This document shows, piece after piece, positions 21,823-33,028 of a DNA stretch of 64,000 bases (positions within the stretch are counted from its first letter, which is position 1; every line of letters begins with the position of its first letter). The stretch is from positions 4,836,001 to 4,900,000 of the forward strand of contig CM082590.2 in NCBI GenBank assembly GCA_040954595.2, written 5' to 3'. The stretch comes from Balanoglossus misakiensis. Its lineage: Eukaryota > Animalia > Hemichordata. Position numbers and translations under genes: made by a program. A model generated the notes under the pieces. That model was given only the letters and a program-made list of their open reading frames with translations, made no database searches and was not told the DNA's origin.

Positions 21823-24800
21823 CTATTGTTTACTTGCCAGCTCACGAAAGTGAGTTTCACAAACCCAAATGACACCTGTGCCATATGCTATTGGCTGAAG
21901 GCCCCCAAACTGTCCATCTTCATCAGCTTTACCGAGAAAGCGTTGGAAATCTCTGCGGTGTGGTGATGATTTCATCTTTTCTAACTCCTCCATGGACTTT
22001 TGTAGTGGCTCTCTGGATATGTCATTCAATTCTGGATACTTGCTTCCAAAATCATCCAAGAATTCTGACAGTAAGTTACCTGCTTTCCCAGCGATTGCAG
22101 GAACTGTTTTTGCTGCTGCAGCAGCAGTACCGGTTGGATCTGGAATGAACTTCAACAAACCACCAGCTTTCTCAATGAACTTCAGAATTCTACAGATATG
22201 TGGGCCATACTTCTTGAGAAACCCATTCACATTTCTAACTCGATATCCTGGGAAATCGATGAAGTGCAACTGTTGTGGGTTTTCACAAAGCAAGTGGACT
22301 GCATAACCATCAGAGAAGTGGGAAAACACATACTGTGTCAGTTGACCCACAACTGATAGGCTGCCTGTGTTAACCGACAGCATAACAAAGTGACTTGGGC
22401 AGCGCATGTCTTTGGACATGTCAAATCTAGTCTGGGTAGAAATTGGTCTTTCTACACCATGCCACTGTAGTAGGTCTAACCTGTTGTCAAATGTGTGACT
22501 GTGTGATTTGGGGATAGAACAGATGAGACTGTTTCCAACCTGTTTCATTTCTCCAATCTTAGGTTTACACTGAACGATACAGTGTGGGCATGATAGGGAC
22601 TCTGGTACCTTCATATCAACATTCATGTACTGAGCGGTGTTGAGAACATCCTTCATGATGCTTTGGAGTTGTTGCAGGAGACAACAAGCCTGTGGTCCCC
22701 TAACACTGACAAGGATACTGTTGCTATGGTAAAGCAACTCAAAACGCACATGGTGCACAGTATCCACACTTCTGCCAAAACCACCAGATTTGATACATTC
22801 ATCACATGGTTCCAACCTTTCATTGCAAAGAAACACAATGTTATTTCGTGTGTATGTGGGATGACTTGACTCTGCAAACATGGCCTTCTCATTGACTGCT
22901 ACTATTAGATCACAGAAAAACAGTGGAGGTAGAAAGCCAAATTCGTAAAGTTGACTAGCCTGTCTGACTTTGTCTTTAGGGTATGGGTACCAACTATCTT
23001 GTGATGGTTGACCAACAGGTAACTTACAAGGAAACAGAAAACCCTTCTTTCCTTCAACTGATGTTTGTTCATCACCAAATGCAAAACAGATACGCAATGA
23101 TGTAAAACCATCTAAAAGTGAGCCACGATATTCACTTTCGATGTCTGCCCAGGCTTTTACCATGTTCTCCATTGACAGTATGCCATTGTTATCAATGAAT
23201 TCCCCAGACCCATCTTCCCTTGCATAAGATATCAGTGTCTTCAATTTATTAGCCAGCCAATGGGGATCGAGTACTACCAGCACTTGCAGACCCTTGTCTC
23301 CAGTTGTACATCTAGATGGATCAACCACTATGTCACCCTGACTACACAGAAAACTGGTTGCATTATCTAATGTCACACCCTTTTCAATTCCAATGTTACC
23401 AGCAATCTCCTGGTATTCCTTGAAGGTCATTACTGGGTTTGGACGTTTCAGTCGTTCTGATTTTAAGTTCTCTCGCAAGAGATTCCACTTTTCGGGGATT
23501 TCTGGGTTTGTTGATTCCAAAAGAATATCACAAACCTTTGTTAGTGCCTTTTGCAACTGTGCAATGCTCTTATTCCCCTTGTATAATATCCAATTTGGGA
23601 ATTTTTCTGTGCTGCAAACCTCAACATATCCAACAATGTGTGGACAAGAAGTCAGAGCTCTTCCTTCTGAAGGAGGCATTTGACTTTCATCAACCAATTC
23701 CTCATCACCATCAATACTCACATATCCAGCTAATCCCTTAAACATACTCTTTCTTTTCAGCACATCTTGGTTCTGACACACTAAGCAAATTTTGCACATA
23801 TTTTGTCGGTAGTGCTTGCAATGTGTGTCTCTCATTTCAACAAGTGTATCATGAACCGTCTGCCAAATCAAGTCAAGCACAGCCCTGTTTAACATTGGCG
23901 CATCAGCATGGGTACCTACCAGAAGAACTGGAGAATTTGGAGCATATGCAAACACGGTCTGCAACCACAATTTCACTCTCCCCATTTGATGTGAAGATGA
24001 CACCTTGTTCGTTGTTGAACTAATGGCAAATTTGCTGAGGTCAAAGGTGACCAAAAAGACACTGTCATCTGTAATAAACAGTGAATGTGATTCCAGAAAA
24101 TCTACATCCCCAGCAAAATCAAACACAGTCAACTTAATATCTCTCTCTTTGAGATTTATTTCCGAGATGTCTATGCCATCAGTTTTCTGCACGTCTGATG
24201 ATTCACCCTTCAATGCTTGCACTAGAGTTGTTTTTCCTACACGTTCATGACCAACGAGAACTACCTTGACATTCCTGTTAGGCAACGTCTTTGTGTTCAG
24301 AAATTCCTTCAGGTAAGACAAGACAGCTTCCTTACCACCCCTTAAAATATCACGTGGTATGTTTATGGATGGATTTCCTTCTATGCTGATGTATTCACAA
24401 TCAACAAGTTTGCTCAACGATGGTGGTATTCTCTTAATTGAATTGTTACTCACATCCAATGTTGATAAACCAGGAATTGAACCGATGTCCTCCTGCATAT
24501 CAGTCAAACCATTGTTACTTAAGAACAACTGTTTAACACTCCCACAAGCGATGTGTATTTGGTGTTTCATTTTACTGTCTGCTTGTGGAGATCTTTTCAC
24601 TTGGAGGGGACAGTAACTTACATTCAGTATTTCAAATGACCCAGGATATTGGATAGACCATGGTACAGGGATCTTAGTATCAATGCAGGTGAAATACCTA
24701 GCTGAGGGCAAAAGCCAACCAGCCACTTTCTCGGGATCAAAAGACTTAACACTGATTAAAGTGAGACTTTCCGATACCTTTATGTTTCTCACCTTCTTGA

Positions 24801-25032
24801 TGTCGACATTGCATAACACCAATGAACTTATTTCTCTACCCTTCAAAAGTACATCTAACCTTGATAACGCTTTGCTGTCACCAACTACAATTGCCTTTAC
24901 TTTCTCGCCTCTGTTGTAAACGGCTGTCAACTTCTCATCCAAAGTGTCATCTGACAAGTCGAGGACTTCACGCGTTGTATCAGATTTTTCAGCTACGATT
25001 GCTCTGATCTTTCCAGCTTTGAGTAACTGTTT
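21823..25032 (-). CDS. Terminal coding exon of an ANK-LRR-ROC-COR (Roco family) gene: LRRs, ROC GTPase, COR, C-terminal domain (1069 codons + stop)
   Basis: Acceptor ttttttcag| at 25033-34 is phase 0 and in frame with the 1044-aa ORF. LRRs LFLSNNGL, LDVSNNSI, ISIEGNP. ROC motifs: G1 GHERVGKT, switch I TDGIDI, G3 FDFAGD, G4 VGTHAD. COR-like IPEKW and VVLDPHWL. No kinase domain. Confidence 0.93.
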   Translation of the reverse strand, partial: KQLLKAGKIRAIVAEKSDTTREVLDLSDDTLDEKLTAVYNRGEKVKAIVVGDSKALSRLDVLLKGREISSLVLCNVDIKKVRNIKVSESLTLISVKSFDPEKVAGWLLPSARYFTCIDTKIPVPWSIQYPGSFEILNVSYCPLQVKRSPQADSKMKHQIHIACGSVKQLFLSNNGLTDMQEDIGSIPGLSTLDVSNNSIKRIPPSLSKLVDCEYISIEGNPSINIPRDILRGGKEAVLSYLKEFLNTKTLPNRNVKVVLVGHERVGKTTLVQALKGESSDVQKTDGIDISEINLKERDIKLTVFDFAGDVDFLESHSLFITDDSVFLVTFDLSKFAISSTTNKVSSSHQMGRVKLWLQTVFAYAPNSPVLLVGTHADAPMLNRAVLDLIWQTVHDTLVEMRDTHCKHYRQNMCKICLVCQNQDVLKRKSMFKGLAGYVSIDGDEELVDESQMPPSEGRALTSCPHIVGYVEVCSTEKFPNWILYKGNKSIAQLQKALTKVCDILLESTNPEIPEKWNLLRENLKSERLKRPNPVMTFKEYQEIAGNIGIEKGVTLDNATSFLCSQGDIVVDPSRCTTGDKGLQVLVVLDPHWLANKLKTLISYAREDGSGEFIDNNGILSMENMVKAWADIESEYRGSLLDGFTSLRICFAFGDEQTSVEGKKGFLFPCKLPVGQPSQDSWYPYPKDKVRQASQLYEFGFLPPLFFCDLIVAVNEKAMFAESSHPTYTRNNIVFLCNERLEPCDECIKSGGFGRSVDTVHHVRFELLYHSNSILVSVRGPQACCLLQQLQSIMKDVLNTAQYMNVDMKVPESLSCPHCIVQCKPKIGEMKQVGNSLICSIPKSHSHTFDNRLDLLQWHGVERPISTQTRFDMSKDMRCPSHFVMLSVNTGSLSVVGQLTQYVFSHFSDGYAVHLLCENPQQLHFIDFPGYRVRNVNGFLKKYGPHICRILKFIEKAGGLLKFIPDPTGTAAAAAKTVPAIAGKAGNLLSEFLDDFGSKYPELNDISREPLQKSMEELEKMKSSPHRRDFQRFLGKADEDGQFGGLQPIAYGTGVIWVCETHFRELASKQ

Positions 25033-25349
25033 CTGAAAAAAGAACGTATCCGATAAATATTAACAGTTATTAATACATGAAGGACAGTATGCAACACATT
25101 GATGAATGTATTCTTTATCAGGTATGACACATCTTAGATGTACCATTCTTCTATACACTGTAATCTAGCTATCACTCTCTTGACTAAACAAGATGAAGTT
25201 CCTCTTTCTGGACAGCTGGACTAATCACCTTGCTTGCATGAGGTGCATATGCCAAATTCATAATGGTGATATTGATAACTACTGATTGCTATACATGTAC
25301 TGTGGCAATTTGAAACAATTGATTTATTTATTTACAAGGGATGCAGTTA

Positions 25350-26151
25350 GGCTGCATTCACAAACACCTCTGGAGGGGGGGGGGCGGGAGAATTCAATTT
25401 TTTTTACCGTTAATTTTCACATGCCCCCCTCAACAACCCGAAATATTTTCAAATTCCCCCCTTCCGAACTGCTAACATTTTCAAATCCCCCCCCCCATTT
25501 TCTTTCACACAGCAAAACACATGACCTATTTATCTTGTAAAAAAGAAAAAACAGCGCTCCCATGAAAAGAATTTGAAACTGATGTTTCCCCTCATCAGTG
25601 GGTATTAAAACTGAACATTGTTTTTATTTTTAAAGTATTTATATTCTGTGTTGGGAGACATTGTAAACCGAGAAGAGCAGGGGGTGGGGTTGGGAGGGGG
25701 AGTCCCCCTCCCACGTAAGAAAATTTTACAAAATACAGAGTTCAAAACTGCATTTTAATGAACCCAAAAGCAAATTAACTCAACTACCGGTATGTTGGGG
25801 AGGACAAATTTAACCTTGGGCGCTCAAAGTTAGCATGGGGGGGGGGGGGGGGGCAAGTCCCCTGACCTGGGACACTAGATAAACCAGTCAATGATTTAAA
25901 GGTGTTGATGAATGATGGGGGTGGGAGGGGGTGTCCCCCTGCCACATGAGAAAAATTTGTATTATGAAGGGTTCAAAACTGCATTTTTGTGGACTCAAAA
26001 TAAATATTTAGTCCTCAAAGTTTTCAAGCCCCCCCCCTTTACAGTCCCTAAATTATTTCAAATCCCCCCCTTACATACCCTCATTTTTTTTCAAACCCCC
26101 CCCTCAATTCTCCTGCCCCCCCCCCCTCCAGAGGTGTTTGTGAATGCAGCC
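25350..26151. mobile_element. PIF/Harbinger-like MITE in the last intron
   Basis: TIR of >30 bp, ggctgcattcacaaacacctctggaggggg / ccccctccagaggtgtttgtgaatgcagcc, with TTA on both flanks (25347-49, 26152-54). Confidence 0.85.
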
Positions 26152-26474
26152 TTAAATAAGACGTGCCCATCAATTATTGTCATGAAATGGTGATGAGAGA
26201 GTTGGTGTCCAGCTAAATCAATTTGCATTCCAGGGTACTGAGCACTGAGACTTGCAACTTTGCCTGCATTGTGGGGTCTAGATTTCTCCAATAAAATCAT
26301 TGCATATGAATATCTAATTTCAATCTTTCATGCAACATAACACTTTTAGTAGGTCCTGATCAACATACTAGTTCTTTGGAAAATTACTTCATACTCTCTA
26401 TGGTGCTGTAGTGAAATTGTTGAACAAGTAAAGATAACCTATGAAGAGTGCTGATATGTACAATTGGAATTCAC

Positions 26475-26549
26475 CTTGGTTGGTAATGTTACATGGGAAT
26501 ACAACAGCAATGCTGACACGGTACACAGCCTTCTCCCACTGTATTCATA
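26475..26549 (-). CDS. Possible degenerate ankyrin-derived exon (75 nt, phase 0-0): YEYSGRRLCTVSALLLYSHVTLPTK
   Basis: Acceptor tttatttcaacccatag| and donor accaag|gtgaat, with an open frame. Its end (LLL...TK) parallels the neighbouring ankyrin exon ends (LLLQANANIDLQTK). Confidence 0.4.
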
Positions 26550-29500
26550 CTATGGGTTGAAATAAACATACATAATTTATGAAATATAGCAATATCTGGA
26601 CCTGTCTGGGCCTCTTCTTTTTTCTTACTATCTGTGAAACATATTAATATTTACATCTTAGGATTAAGAAAATGTAAATTAAGATGTAGAATTTTTTTCT
26701 CAGATTAATCAACCATTTAATCAACCATTTAACCAGAATAATTGAACCGAATCGATAAAAGCAAACATTTAAGCAACTTTTAAATATGAATTAGTAAAAT
26801 AAAGCTCCAAATAGAAAAAAAACGCAGTTGTACATTAATTATCACATGACTAATCCTGCATTGAAATTAACCTGCAGTAGTCCGAGAGCAGCATTTTATC
26901 CACAGTACGTTTTTTGAGCTTTTTTTTATTCCATTCAAGTTCCCGGGCTGTGAAGAAGCTTGAACTACGACATTAGAACGTCTGTCCTGCCAAGCATCAT
27001 TTACTCAATGTGCGTTTACAAGCAATTACAATAATTTGCGGTGATGTTCTGTCTTTGACCAAGTGTTTTGATCAAGGATATAACACTACCACCATGTCTG
27101 GACTTAATAGATACATACCTTCAACTTTTCTACTGCGAAATCCAAAGGGGTTTCGCCATCCTAAAATATAAGAAGCCATACATCAGAGTTTATCGCTTGT
27201 TTTTTCTTGTTTGTCTGTCAGACCTACAGAAATATTTATCTGGACAGCTTAAAGTCTGTAAGCATGCGAGAGATTGCTTTTGATTTTATAATAGAAGAGG
27301 TATGAATAGAAGGCACAAAAACAAACAGTGCTTATGAATTATAAGCAATGTTCGTTATAAACTATAGTCTAGCGCCTGCCAAAGCTCGCAAAATATTGTC
27401 TGTGCATGAATGCACTGGAAAGTAAAATGGCCGCAAGAGCGACCAACGTAATGCCATGTTGCTTCTTGTCACAGTCTGGTCTATGTTTGTTAAAGCTTTA
27501 ATAAAAGGATCATTCCCCTCTGGCCAAAACTGTACACATGGTTTGAATGTCTAAAGCTAAGTTGTCTACAACTTCACCGTCATTGAATGAAAACAAAACA
27601 AGAATAATTTCCACAAAGTCAGCCAGCATGTTGGGGAGCCAGAATAATCTTATGAACTCTCACGGCAGATAACCATCCCTGAAGTACCCGATAATATCAA
27701 CCGAAAACTGGGTGATAAACGTTGGAATATCGCGGATGTGCGCGAAAAATTCAGGAATGACACAAAATTCTTGCCTACGTGCGAAACTTAAACAGGAACA
27801 GTCAGTTGTGTCCACAATGCAAATTATAAAGTCCCCCGGACCGCCATATTTTAAGCGAATTTCAGGCAAAATCGGGTGTGCGGTGGTCACCGATTCCACT
27901 AAATGACAATAAATCACCAAACGAAACTATGTTTCAACTCTCTTCGGAAACACATGGCCGACGACTGTTAATATACGAGAGAATACAACAAATGTAACGG
28001 ATAGCCTCACACTTCACTGTGTAAAGCGCGCCGGGGATCTACTTCAGCGACTACATATAATACTCAGACGTCCATTCTACCTTACTTCACCGCTAGTGGC
28101 GCCCTGCAACAGCCAATTTTACTTTGGCGTCAGTCACTTGTAAGTGAAGTAATGCAGTTTTCATCAAGTCTTATTTGTTTTCTATTTTTAGGATTATGAT
28201 CAACGAACAACTAGTGTGGTCGAACTGTTTTTGGCAAAGTTTCAGGGTAACAATTTAATCGCTGTGATTATTCAAAGAGTTTAGTTAAAACCTGAGTGAC
28301 GGGTATTGTACGGGCATTGCACATGTAGGGTCATGTTTAGATTGACAATGCCATAGGTGCTAATTTGTGTCCGTCTTCGGGACTATAGGCAACGAACAAC
28401 CAATAAGTCTGAAACACAATATCTCGAATATGAGAGTGAGCGAAATTATTTTAAGAAGTAAAGGTCGCCTGAGTTTAAATTAATCAAGTCTTTGATACTT
28501 CAAGGGGGGGGGGGGGGTAGTTCACCCTTTCCTGAGTCTGTCTTGATCATAGCAACCTGATACAAAATGTTGTGTGTATCTATAAGGGCATTTCATAAGC
28601 TTGCCTTTATCTATCGCTACAAGTCGTACATTAATTTTTAAAAGCATAGCAAGTCTAGAATGTTTTCTCCGTTCTTCTAAAGTTTTCCATCATGGTATCT
28701 TCAGACAAATCAACAGGAAGAAATCATGAGAGCCAGCTCAGCGAGCTTGAGTAAGAGGTGAGGGCGGACTTTATCTGAACCATAAATCATGGCAAAAATT
28801 CTAGGCCAATGAAAGGTGTCTTGGGTGAAACCCTCAATAACTGAATTGCATTGCATAGATTAAGTGGGATTCTCCCTATGTTAGGATTGGAATATGTGAC
28901 ACTTTCTCTGGAAATGTTAGTAAAAAATAAGCCCTTTTCCGTCTCAACCTTGCCATAACATCTCTAAGCTCCTTAATTTTTTCTTGTGCTTTTTTAGTTA
29001 TCTTCTTAATTGGTGAAATGCAGTTCAAGTCTGGTAAACATACATTTATTAATATTGAAGAGCAGGTTTAGCAAGAAAGCAGAACTGAAGGTTTGTGGGT
29101 TGAAGCATTTATATTTGCAGATTTTGTACGAACGCTTTTACAAGACTTAGTTGTGACGTGTACCAGCCTTTGTCAAATGTGTTGCACAATCACGACCGCC
29201 TGGTGGCACTGTGACCATAGGTTGCCTGTGCGAAATAGGTGATAGACGCCCTTCTCGTCTGAGGCCATGTTTATTAAATCGGGCATGGAGTAATGAGCGG
29301 ATGTTTTTTCCGTATCCGGAGATCTGGTCACGGTTGCGTTGTGATCATTCGCTCCACGCGTTCGAGTTTTTCCAGTATTTTGGTTTTCTCTATGTTCAGT
29401 GTCTCCATTTCCTGTTCCGGTCAGACACTGGAATTCCGCGTTTTCCTTGATTTGTCGATAGTTTTGTTAGAGATTTGATTTTTCTCTGCCGGGGGGGGGG

Positions 29501-29789
29501 GGGGGGTTCTCTCGGAGTAGGGTGTCAGAAGTGCCCGATCGAGTAGGTACTTTTGTGCCCGGAAAGGGTGCCACCGTTTTGCATTTTGAAAAGAAAACAA
29601 CTTGCCTGTATCACACGTAGAACGTAAACGTGTAGAGTGCGCACATTTGTACGCATCTGTTCCTTCCCAGGAAATCTTTGAGATGTGCTAAAATACTCTT
29701 TTCTACTATTGCCTTTTCATGAGATTATACACATGCCTTATATAAATTATAATATTAAATGTTTAAACAATCTTTAATTAAACAATAGA

Positions 29790-30800
29790 CATTTATATTT
29801 ACAATAATATAAATCTGCTGATCTTGATCTCACATTCAACAAAAACAAACAACACTTCCTGCTCAGAATGATTGATTTCTTTTTTTTTAATCATGTGTAA
29901 ACACTGTATAATTATACAAGACAGGCTGTCATTGTTAAAATATGTTGTAAAGTCTGGGTCGTTGGGAATAAGGCAGAGGGATAGGCTTTAACTATTTATT
30001 TTTATTTACCTATAGATGTTCAAATATGTGTGATATTGATAATAAACCGTGTCAGCTGATGTGTGAGTGTAGAATAGAATGAGTGTGATTACAGTAACTC
30101 ACCTTGGTCTGCAGATCGATGTTGGCATTAGCTTGCAGTAGAAGTCTCACCACGTCACCATGGCCTTTCCATTCAGCATGGTGTAACGGTGCCCAACCAT
30201 TCTGTGGCAATACAACAAAAATGTGTCACTGAGCATCCCTGACTATAAGCGTAAAATGGAACATGCAATGTTTCATTAAGCATGCACTGTTATATATATT
30301 CTGAACATTCATTTGTGAGATGGCACAACATGTTTTGCCGACACTTTTTTTTTTTGGGGGGGGGGGATAAATTAAAAGTAGGATACATCCCAGTCCCCCA
30401 CGTAATGGACATGAATGCATGATGTGGTGATAGGGCAGTGTCCCTTGAGGGTACATTAACATCACAGGTATTCTTTTACTTGAGATTTATGATACTAGCG
30501 TCTGTTGTTTTCATTTGAAGATGCCCTCTGTACAATACCTGAAACTGACTGACCTAAATATCATAAAAGCCTAGACAGCAGTTTCATTACCCCTTAAAAG
30601 AGCATTGGAATTAGCCAATCAAAGAACGCCAATTATGAATGAAAGGTAAGAAATATGTTGAACCACTATTGACATTCAACTGATTATGGTGGACTTCAGC
30701 CAGAAAACTTATTTTAGTCTCGCCAGCCAGATCTCTCTCTCTGTCATTCGACGGCATAGCCACACGAAGTGCGCCACGAGAGGTGAAGCCACAAAAATCG
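29790..30800. repeat. Copy A of an intragenic duplication containing an ankyrin exon (copy B ~36130-37200)
   Basis: Colinear intron sequence on both sides of the exon, e.g. tataaatctgctgatcttgatctcacattcaacaaaa and gtaggatacatcccagtcccccacgtaatggacatgaatgcatgatgtggtgataggg. Confidence 0.9.
30103..30201 (-). CDS. Roco gene ankyrin exon 5 (99 nt): NGWAPLHHAEWKGHGDVVRLLLQANANIDLQTK
   Basis: ccacag| acceptor and |gtgagt donor; 33 codons matching the ankyrin consensus. Confidence 0.9.
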
Positions 30801-31643
30801 AGCATCGGAGACAATGTCGCCGCTTGTGGCGCCCTTCGTGTGCCTGTGCGTGACGTCGACGGATAGCGAGGTCTGTCAGGCAAGTAGTCTCGGTTACCCA
30901 GAGCCCTCTGCTTCTTCCGATGGGCACTCCAGAAAGAGGGTCTGGGGAAACCCCATAGACAAATCTCCGGGCAAAGATGGCCGACTTGAGACAAAAAGCG
31001 ATGCAGAAGCGGTCTAGAAATATCATGCAAGGGGTGAAGGGAACAGCGTTTAACCGTCTCGATGGACTCTTGCACGCTCAAATGACGGATGCAACGCACC
31101 GAGTGTGTTGAAAACTGCATCTGCTGGCTCTGAACCTTCAGCGCAACCAAAGTCATCTAATTAATGCATCGGTACACACAAACATACGACACAACCCAAC
31201 ACAGAACCCAGCACTCGGCATGAACTGAAAGCAGCAAATGCTCCAGCGAAGCCAGAGTTATTTTTACCGAGAAGGAAACATGAGGGGAAAGAAGCAAGTG
31301 CGGTTCATCAGTTATTGTGCCGTAAAATTAACCCAGCGCCAGGCTTTGAGTCTATTGACACCATTTTGGTGTGACCATGAAGTAACGTCAAAGTCATTGT
31401 GAAGTTTTACAAAGTTTGCATAATGAGGCAATCCTTAGAATAACACTCTCCGACCATTGATAACCGATTCCACAGCTTCAGTAGTATTCAATAATGCATC
31501 ATCTAAAGGTTCCTGTTCTCAAGACGTTGAAATTTGCTTTAGAAACAATTTTGGATTTAGTTTCCGGTTCAAGAAAGTAAATGTTATCAATTTTAACGCT
31601 ATAAACCGTCATTTAATTTAGATTAATGGAATAATATTAATTA

Positions 31644-32088
31644 TAATATACCTCATGCTAATACTGTGCCGTGATTCGCCAGAATCCGTCACGTGATAGG
31701 AAAATAGAATCGACTATGAACCGCTAGGGAAATAGCAGAAAAAATATAAACCGGTCACGTAAGTGCGCAGACTCGGTCACGTCAATCAGCGTCGCGTCGT
31801 CTGACACAATGGCCACCGCGGAAGATGTCGTCTGCCAACCTCAAGAGAAAATTGCAAGATTTTCCCAGCTGTTAGCATGAGGTTTATTATAAAACACCTA
31901 TGGCCTGGCCTATATTCGGGCCATAGCAGCCGTTTTTACCCCCTCGTGGCTGTGAGTTACCAGAATCATAGGCTATTTGCCTCGGCCTGCGGCCTCGGGA
32001 AATAGCATATGATTCTGGTAACTCACAGCCCCTCGGGTGTAATAAACGGCCGCTATGGCCCTCATGGCCAGGCAATAGGTGTTCAATA
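31644..32088. mobile_element. Composite non-autonomous element: IR-bounded unit plus ~200-bp foldback
   Basis: 17/18 inverted repeat taatatacctcatgctaa (31644) / ttagcatgaggtttatta (31889). It is followed by a foldback (31889-32088) with arms ggctgtgagttaccagaatcata / tatgattctggtaactcacagcc and centre cctcggcctgcggcctcgg. Confidence 0.7.
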
Positions 32089-32929
32089 TGCCCCACCGAC
32101 AAATACTTGGAGCATTTTACAAATGTCTCTTGTCAAAAGCCACCGATCTTACCGATTTATGAAAACAAACCACGGTAATAAAATGACCATTCCCCACTGG
32201 TGTACACGTGGTTTGGATGTTTAAAGCTACAATGTTGTCTACAACTTCACCGCCATTGAATGAAAACAAAACAAGAATCAATGTTATCAAATTTAACTCT
32301 GACATCGTCAGAAGAGAGAAAAGGGAGTTGAGCTTAACACTACAGCTAAGGACCAAACTACCCAGACAGTTCCACTGTGGTCACAGTTTCCACTAAATGA
32401 CAGGAAATCACCAAACGAAATTAGTAATGTTTCCACTCTCCCCAGAAATTCTCGGCCAGCGACTGTATAGACAGGAGAATAAAGCAAACGTGACGGGTAG
32501 CCCCATGCTTCACTGTGTAAACCGCGCCAGGGATCTACCTCACCGTTAACAGAAAGTGCTCGCGATGCAAACTCATCACAACAATGAACCGCTGCTGCTT
32601 CACCCTAAACTTAAGCGATTTTCAAATTACTTCCTCGTCAATATCGTCAAAATAAAAACACATTGTTTTGGTTATCAGACATTTTAGGCATATTTTACAA
32701 AATAACTTCAACGGGTGCAGGTGGGAAGAACGCAAATTAATCATACGATCCGACCAAAATAAATTGTTTTTCTAATCATCAAACGTTTCTGCGACACACA
32801 CACTACACACGCACATTACTACACACACAATACCCTTAAACGAAAACTTATCCCCAAAGTAAAGCCACCAAAAAAATTCAATATATAACGCTAACATCAC
32901 CTTGTGCACTGAGGTTGGTTCTAACTTAC

Positions 32930-33028
32930 CTTGTTTTGTATGTTGACAGAGCATTTGGCTTTCAGTAATAAGAGTGCTGCTCCTTCATGACCCGTCTCTG
33001 TTGCCAGGTGTATAGCTGTGTCACCATT
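32930..33028 (-). CDS. Roco gene ankyrin exon 4 (99 nt): NGDTAIHLATETGHEGAALLLLKAKCSVNIQNK
   Basis: tttacag| acceptor and |gtaagt donor; 33 codons; ankyrin consensus GxTxxHLA..GH. Confidence 0.92.

Noticed and set aside
24955-24957. ORF-track start of the 1044-aa protein
   Set aside because: It is a TTG within an exon. The frame stays open to the splice acceptor at 25033.
21885-25007. Plus-strand ORFs overlapping the Roco exon (and likewise those overlapping the LINE ORFs)
   Set aside because: Antisense shadows of real coding sequence.
25228-25290. Another possible phase-0 exon (QSVVINITIMNLAYAPHASK)
   Set aside because: Weak splice sites and no ankyrin or LRR similarity.
25575-25600. Hammerhead-like core ctgatgag..gaaac on the minus strand
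   Set aside because: There is no room for stem II and no stems I/III. It lies inside a MITE.
30611-31156. 181-aa minus-strand ORF and other 60-180-aa ORFs (e.g. 4563-5090, 15047-15490, 52572-52988)
   Set aside because: No recognisable motifs. They lie in repeats or introns and are not preserved in the duplicate copies.
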